A stretch of 64,000 nucleotides of DNA from an uncultured Veillonellaceae bacterium (lineage in GTDB: Bacteria > Bacillota > Negativicutes > JARBTT01). This document shows, in pieces, positions 60,011 through 64,000 of the stretch. Position numbers and translations under genes: made by a program. The notes beneath the pieces are model-generated. The model was not told where the DNA came from. It did not search any database and worked only from the letters and a program-made list of their open reading frames with translations. The stretch lies in contig CAWDTA010000002.1 of the NCBI GenBank assembly GCA_963805085.1, forward strand, positions 1,344,001 through 1,408,000. The letters are read 5' to 3'. The stretch's first letter is position 1; each line of letters starts with the position of its first letter.

Positions 60011-60442
60011 ATGAACAGAATGAATATTATTTGTTTAGGTGTAAGAAATATGGAAATATCAATCAAATTTTATCGTGATGGTCTCGGCTTTAAAACAAAT
60101 GAAAAAAGCAACAATCCAGAAGTAATCTTTTTTAATGCATCTGGAACGAAACTTGAATTATATCCATTAAATTTGTTAGCAAAGGATATTAATGAAAATA
60201 ACCCGCCTGAAATTACGAATGGTTTTGCTGGAGTTACCCTTGCCTATAATGCCAAAAGTAAAATAGAAGTTTGTGAAATTATTGAATTGGCAAGAAAATC
60301 GGGAGCAAAGATTGTAAAAGAACCACAAGATGTTTTCTGGGGTGGTTATCATGGTTACTTTTCTGATCCAGATGGGTACTATTGGGAAGTCGCCTGGGGG
60401 CCAGACTTTACCTTTGATGAAAATGATATGCTGAAATTTTAG
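60011..60442 (+). CDS. VOC/glyoxalase family protein
   Basis: 'ICLGVRNME.SIKFYRDGLGF', 'PQDVFWGGYHGYFSDPDGYYWEVAW'. Confidence 0.92.
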   Translation: MNRMNIICLGVRNMEISIKFYRDGLGFKTNEKSNNPEVIFFNASGTKLELYPLNLLAKDINENNPPEITNGFAGVTLAYNAKSKIEVCEIIELARKSGAKIVKEPQDVFWGGYHGYFSDPDGYYWEVAWGPDFTFDENDMLKF

Positions 60443-60479
60443 AGTCTAATAAGCATAAATAGAATGTAAATAGTAAAAA

Positions 60480-60537
60480 GAAACTCCTGCTGAGTTCTGT
60501 ATGAATTTAGCAGGAGTTTTAAGCTTATATGAGAATA
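60480..60537 (+). repeat. Junction element copy 8
   Basis: CCTGCTGAGTT-CTGTATG-AATTTAGCAGG-AGTTTTAAGCTTATATGAGAATA (AGGA-N17-GAAT). Confidence 0.78.
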
Positions 60538-60581
60538 TGTAAATTTAAAATATAGAAAACTCATACAAGGAGTGTTGTATT

Positions 60582-61148
60582 GTGCGTAGATTAATTTGTT
60601 TGGTAATTACTATTAATATTCTGCTGATTTGCTTGCCCGGAAAGTCATATTGCTATGCCTCAGAATCCAAGATTGAAGTGGAGTCGGACTACTTGACGCA
60701 TGCACACTTTAAAGACCGCTATATTGATACGGTATCACTACATATACTTGAGAATATTTCAAAAAAAAACAATTGGTCTATATATAGAGGCGTTACAATC
60801 ACTCGACCGTATGGACACATAATAAATGACAATCAACAGATTAAAGACAGTTCCGCAGTTGGGATCGGACCCGTTTATATGATTCGCAATGGAAAGAAAA
60901 TTTCAGAAAAACTATATGAAGCATTAGATATGAGCGGCGGATTTATTGTATATGACAAAGCATTTCCGGCAGAAGGAAGATATTATAATTTTATGTGGCG
61001 AATCGGACCTCGATTGATTTATAAAACTAGTGAAAACTCTTCAATAAATATCGGGTATACACTAATGCATGTTTCTAATGGTTTTGGAACTCATAATCCT
61101 GGATATAACGGTGAAGGAGTTTCATTAAGTTTCGAGAGGAATTTTTAA
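60582..61148 (+). CDS. Acyloxyacyl hydrolase / PagL-like lipid A deacylase (OM beta-barrel)
   Basis: Signal peptide, 'FPAEG..YNF', 'HVSNG...NPGYN', terminal Phe. Confidence 0.75.
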   Translation: MRRLICLVITINILLICLPGKSYCYASESKIEVESDYLTHAHFKDRYIDTVSLHILENISKKNNWSIYRGVTITRPYGHIINDNQQIKDSSAVGIGPVYMIRNGKKISEKLYEALDMSGGFIVYDKAFPAEGRYYNFMWRIGPRLIYKTSENSSINIGYTLMHVSNGFGTHNPGYNGEGVSLSFERNF

Positions 61149-61215
61149 ATCAGTAAAATTCTAAGTAGAATACATAAAAACACTGCTCTGATGAGGAAGC
61201 AGTGTTTTTGCGTTT

Positions 61216-62277
61216 TTATAATAATGCCTGTACCCTTGCAATGTATAATTTTTCTTTTTGTAGATCCAAAAATTTGCCATTTTGCATGCAGATAAGTGGC
61301 TTAGTAAAGCAAGCGTCTTTGGCGGAAAAGGCAATGACTTTTGCTTTTACACCATTGCTTAAGATCACGCTACTCCCGGTGAAATAATTTTGCATATTAT
61401 CAATGAAAGTCAAACAGGCACCGGGCTCTAACTTCTTGAACATAGAATCTGCCAATATATCAAGTGCTTGGAATGGCGTCATTTTAAGGCGGTATACCCG
61501 ATCCGATGTAATCGAATCGTAGATATCCGCAATGGCAATAATTTTTGCCTCAGAACAAATTTCATCATCGATAAGCCCCAGGGGATATCCGCTACCATCC
61601 AGACATTCATGGTGCTGGAAAATTCCGAGTTTGATATTTTCAGAAAGTCGAGCATCTTTAAGCAATTGATAGGCTTCTTGAGGATGCTTCTTAATGATGA
61701 CGAATTCTTCATCAGATAAACGATCTGGCTTATTTAGTATGGACAAAGGAATAAATAATTTGCCAATATCATGCAGTAGGCCAGTTAAAATTAGATCTTT
61801 CAACTCAGCTCTTTTGTAACCACACCACTTACCCAAAATCCCAGCAGTTATAGCAACATTTAAGGAGTGTTTGAAGGTATACTCACTATAACATCGTATA
61901 TTGTGTAGATGTTCTAAAACACCAATTGTTTCTACTAAAAGGACAATCTTTTGATCGATGAGTTCCTGTATCTCAGCAATTGGAACTTCTCTAAATTTTT
62001 TAATCTGTTCAAATGCATGAACAATTTTATCAATCGTTTCATTATATCCTTTGTTAAATTCTTCCTTAGTCATATAAACGGCAATGTCTTCATTCTTCAT
62101 TTTCTCTGGGGGATTATCAATATAGATAGATGATAATCCCCAGCTTCTAAGCCTGTTTATTTGTGATTGATTGAGAATAACACCTTGAGCCAATAGTTTT
62201 ATAAATCCATCCCCGACGATTATATCTTCACTTGTGCACAAACCGGGAACTAAATTTTTTGTAAAAATTAAATTCAT
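61216..62277 (-). CDS. HD-GYP c-di-GMP phosphodiesterase
   Basis: 'YTFKHSLNVA', 'LHDIGK', 'QHHECLDGSGYP', 'IADIYDSITSDRVYR'. Confidence 0.92.
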   Translation of the reverse strand: MNLIFTKNLVPGLCTSEDIIVGDGFIKLLAQGVILNQSQINRLRSWGLSSIYIDNPPEKMKNEDIAVYMTKEEFNKGYNETIDKIVHAFEQIKKFREVPIAEIQELIDQKIVLLVETIGVLEHLHNIRCYSEYTFKHSLNVAITAGILGKWCGYKRAELKDLILTGLLHDIGKLFIPLSILNKPDRLSDEEFVIIKKHPQEAYQLLKDARLSENIKLGIFQHHECLDGSGYPLGLIDDEICSEAKIIAIADIYDSITSDRVYRLKMTPFQALDILADSMFKKLEPGACLTFIDNMQNYFTGSSVILSNGVKAKVIAFSAKDACFTKPLICMQNGKFLDLQKEKLYIARVQALL

Positions 62278-62292
62278 GCGTACCTCCGCAAC

Positions 62293-62490
62293 CTACTGCT
62301 TTTCTCTCCAAGCTCGTATTTCAACATAACTTATATTTTTTTGGAATAAATTTTTGGGGGAATAAGTTTTTAAATAAAAATATCGTAGAGTCAGAAGCAA
62401 TATACCCGATCCTAATAAAATAATATAAATTCTATATAGAAGTTCCGTTGATATATTCATGTAGCCCTCCGTGTGATTTATTTTGTTCAT
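62293..62490 (-). CDS. Small single-TM hypothetical protein
   Basis: 65 aa (an internal ATG after GGAGG is an alternative start); co-oriented with the HD-GYP gene. Confidence 0.4.
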   Translation of the reverse strand: MNKINHTEGYMNISTELLYRIYIILLGSGILLLTLRYFYLKTYSPKNLFQKNISYVEIRAWREKQ

Positions 62491-62648
62491 GTTTTTGCAC
62501 GCAGATTATGAATAGCTTTTTCTAAGTTTATTTCAAGCTTTTTAAAAGACTCCACTGTAGTAATTTCAGTTGCTTGCACTATAATCTGCAGCTCTTCCAG
62601 TTCTGTACGCTTTTTTTCGACTGTTTTAAACACTTCAAGCATAAACAT
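62487..62648 (-). CDS. Small hypothetical protein (53 aa), not in the ORF track
   Basis: MFMLEVFKTVEKKRTELEELQIIVQATEITTVESFKKLEINLEKAIHNLRAKT*; stop overlaps the next start (ATGA). Confidence 0.4.
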   Translation of the reverse strand: MFMLEVFKTVEKKRTELEELQIIVQATEITTVESFKKLEINLEKAIHNLRAKT

Positions 62649-62990
62649 TCTCCATTATTAGCGTAGTCATTATTTTCATAAGTTTCATTAACTCCAGGTT
62701 CCTTTACCTGTATTGATCTTAATTTTTGATTTAAGTTGCAAATTTAGATAATTGTATATTTTTAATTTGATGAATATTAAGACAATGGTCCTGATATTGA
62801 TATATAGGGGTTCTATCTTATTTCAATTATCGAATAGCCAACCTTTTATGAAGTAAAGATGATGGTCTTTATTTTTTTTATTTTTCTCTATAACAGAATT
62901 CTGTAAGGCGAAGAGTGCAGTTAAAAAATTAGTCGAAAAAAGGCCTTTCATAGTATATACAGCTTAGCATAAATAAGAATCACTTGTTAA

Positions 62991-63028
62991 TTATCTAATT
63001 GGATAGAATGTTTTATCCAATTGGATAA
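62991..63028. promoter_or_regulatory. Tandem palindromic operator-like sites
   Basis: TTATCTAATTGGATAG and TTATCCAATTGGATAA with a 22-bp period. Confidence 0.5.
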
Positions 63029-63254
63029 TTGCTCTATATAAAATTATTATTAACAGATCTTAACTTGGGTACTAAGTCTTATAAAATAAGCATCCGTTAA
63101 AGACAGCATGGGAAATCTTATATTAAAATTTTTTTAAGAAAACTTGTAGTAATTTTCCTCAATTAGAGAAAATGTAGCAATTATTGAGTTATCTGTTATT
63201 ATAGAGTATACTTTCGATTAAAATATTATCGGCAAGAAAGGTAGCTTTTAGGAG

Positions 63255-64000
63255 ATGACTTATCATGAGACAACAAAAAAAATAGTAAGGTTTTTAATAC
63301 TACTTTTACTTCCTTTAGTATTTCTTTATTTTTTAAACAGTTTTTTTTCTCATAGTATTAAAACCCCTAAAGCGCAACAAGGAGTTTTAGATCTTAGCGG
63401 TTGGAATCTTGAAGAAGATGGTGTTGTACTTTTAGATGGTGAATGGGAATTCTATTGGAATCAGCTTCTAACATACCAGGACTTTCACAACGGAAGCAGT
63501 CAGAAGAAAAATTATGGCAATGTCCCTAGTACCTGGGATTCTTATAAAAATAATTTGCCGGGTACTGGCTATGCTACCTATCGTTTAAAAGTAAAAACAA
63601 TCAATTTAAGTTCAATAGATGGATTAAAAATCAAGACTATGCTTACTTCCTATAAATTGATGGTTAACGATAAAGTTGTAGCTGCTAACGGAGTTGTTGG
63701 CAAAAATCCGGAATCATATTTTCCCGAATACAAACCGTTGAGCAGTTTTTTCAATGCAGATAAAAATGAATTTGAAATCATTCTCCAGGTAGCAAACTTC
63801 ATTTACGCCCGTGGTGGTCCTAGGTATTCCATTTATCTGGGAACCGACCATCAAATCATTGCATTACAGGAGAAATCCCGGCAAAAGGACATATTTCTAT
63901 TAGGCACTATTTTTATAATGGCCTTATATCACACGGCAATTTTTCTGTTGCAAAGAAAATATCATTATAAAGCTGAGCTATATTTTGTGTTTTTTATGGT
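63255..64000 (+). CDS. 7TM-DISM-type sensor protein (kinase or cyclase), 5' part; runs off the window edge
   Basis: Manual translation: TM, then 'PKAQQGVLDLSGW..LDGEWEFYWNQLL...VPSTW...GYATYRL'. Confidence 0.8.
   Translation, partial: MTYHETTKKIVRFLILLLLPLVFLYFLNSFFSHSIKTPKAQQGVLDLSGWNLEEDGVVLLDGEWEFYWNQLLTYQDFHNGSSQKKNYGNVPSTWDSYKNNLPGTGYATYRLKVKTINLSSIDGLKIKTMLTSYKLMVNDKVVAANGVVGKNPESYFPEYKPLSSFFNADKNEFEIILQVANFIYARGGPRYSIYLGTDHQIIALQEKSRQKDIFLLGTIFIMALYHTAIFLLQRKYHYKAELYFVFFM

Noticed and set aside
38323-60537. Junction repeats as a CRISPR array or classical integron attC sites
   Set aside because: Spacing is irregular (0.1-11 kb) with whole genes between copies; there are no cas genes, no RYYYAAC/GTTRRRY ends and no integrase in the window.
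63222-63252. Minus-strand sigma28-like -10 (GCCGATAA) that might drive the HD-GYP operon
   Set aside because: TAAA spacing is off (13 nt rather than 15) and the site is ~580 bp from the first ORF.
1-64000. tRNA, rRNA or prophage genes
   Set aside because: No cloverleaf/T-loop signatures, rRNA-like tracts or phage structural genes seen; the amidase has a Tat-like leader and no holin or phage neighbours.

Overview
AT-rich chromosomal window, most likely from a spore-forming diderm Firmicute (Negativicutes-like; inferred from a DUF1657 spore protein, sigmaH-type promoters and a PagL-like outer-membrane enzyme occurring together). The left part holds metabolic and regulatory genes: the start of an RND efflux gene, two TetRs, ahbC/ahbD heme radical SAM enzymes, HAD/PHP phosphatases, def, LytS/LytTR-cstA, an MCP and a GGDEF protein. 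The middle and right parts form an accessory mosaic: c-di-AMP riboswitch-kimA, an AAA-ATPase/DUF4276 islet between exact 45-bp repeats, fumC, selO, padC/padR, a frameshifted IS1182-like element inserted into a REP, RAYT remnants and a 514-bp duplication. The best candidate for an undescribed system occurs twice (16.5-21.0 kb and 34.4-37.5 kb): an orphan multi-TM/PAS sporulation-type histidine kinase, then a conserved leader with a sigmaH-like promoter and a strong-SD tripeptide minigene (MKV / MKT), then an N-acyl-synthase-like GNAT fused to a cNMP-like domain. This suggests a signal-synthase/receptor pair. A second candidate is a dispersed ~80-bp junction element (11-7-11 palindrome fused to a sigmaH-like promoter), found at least 8 times in one orientation between accessory genes. 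All calls come from reading the sequence by eye; no database searches were run.
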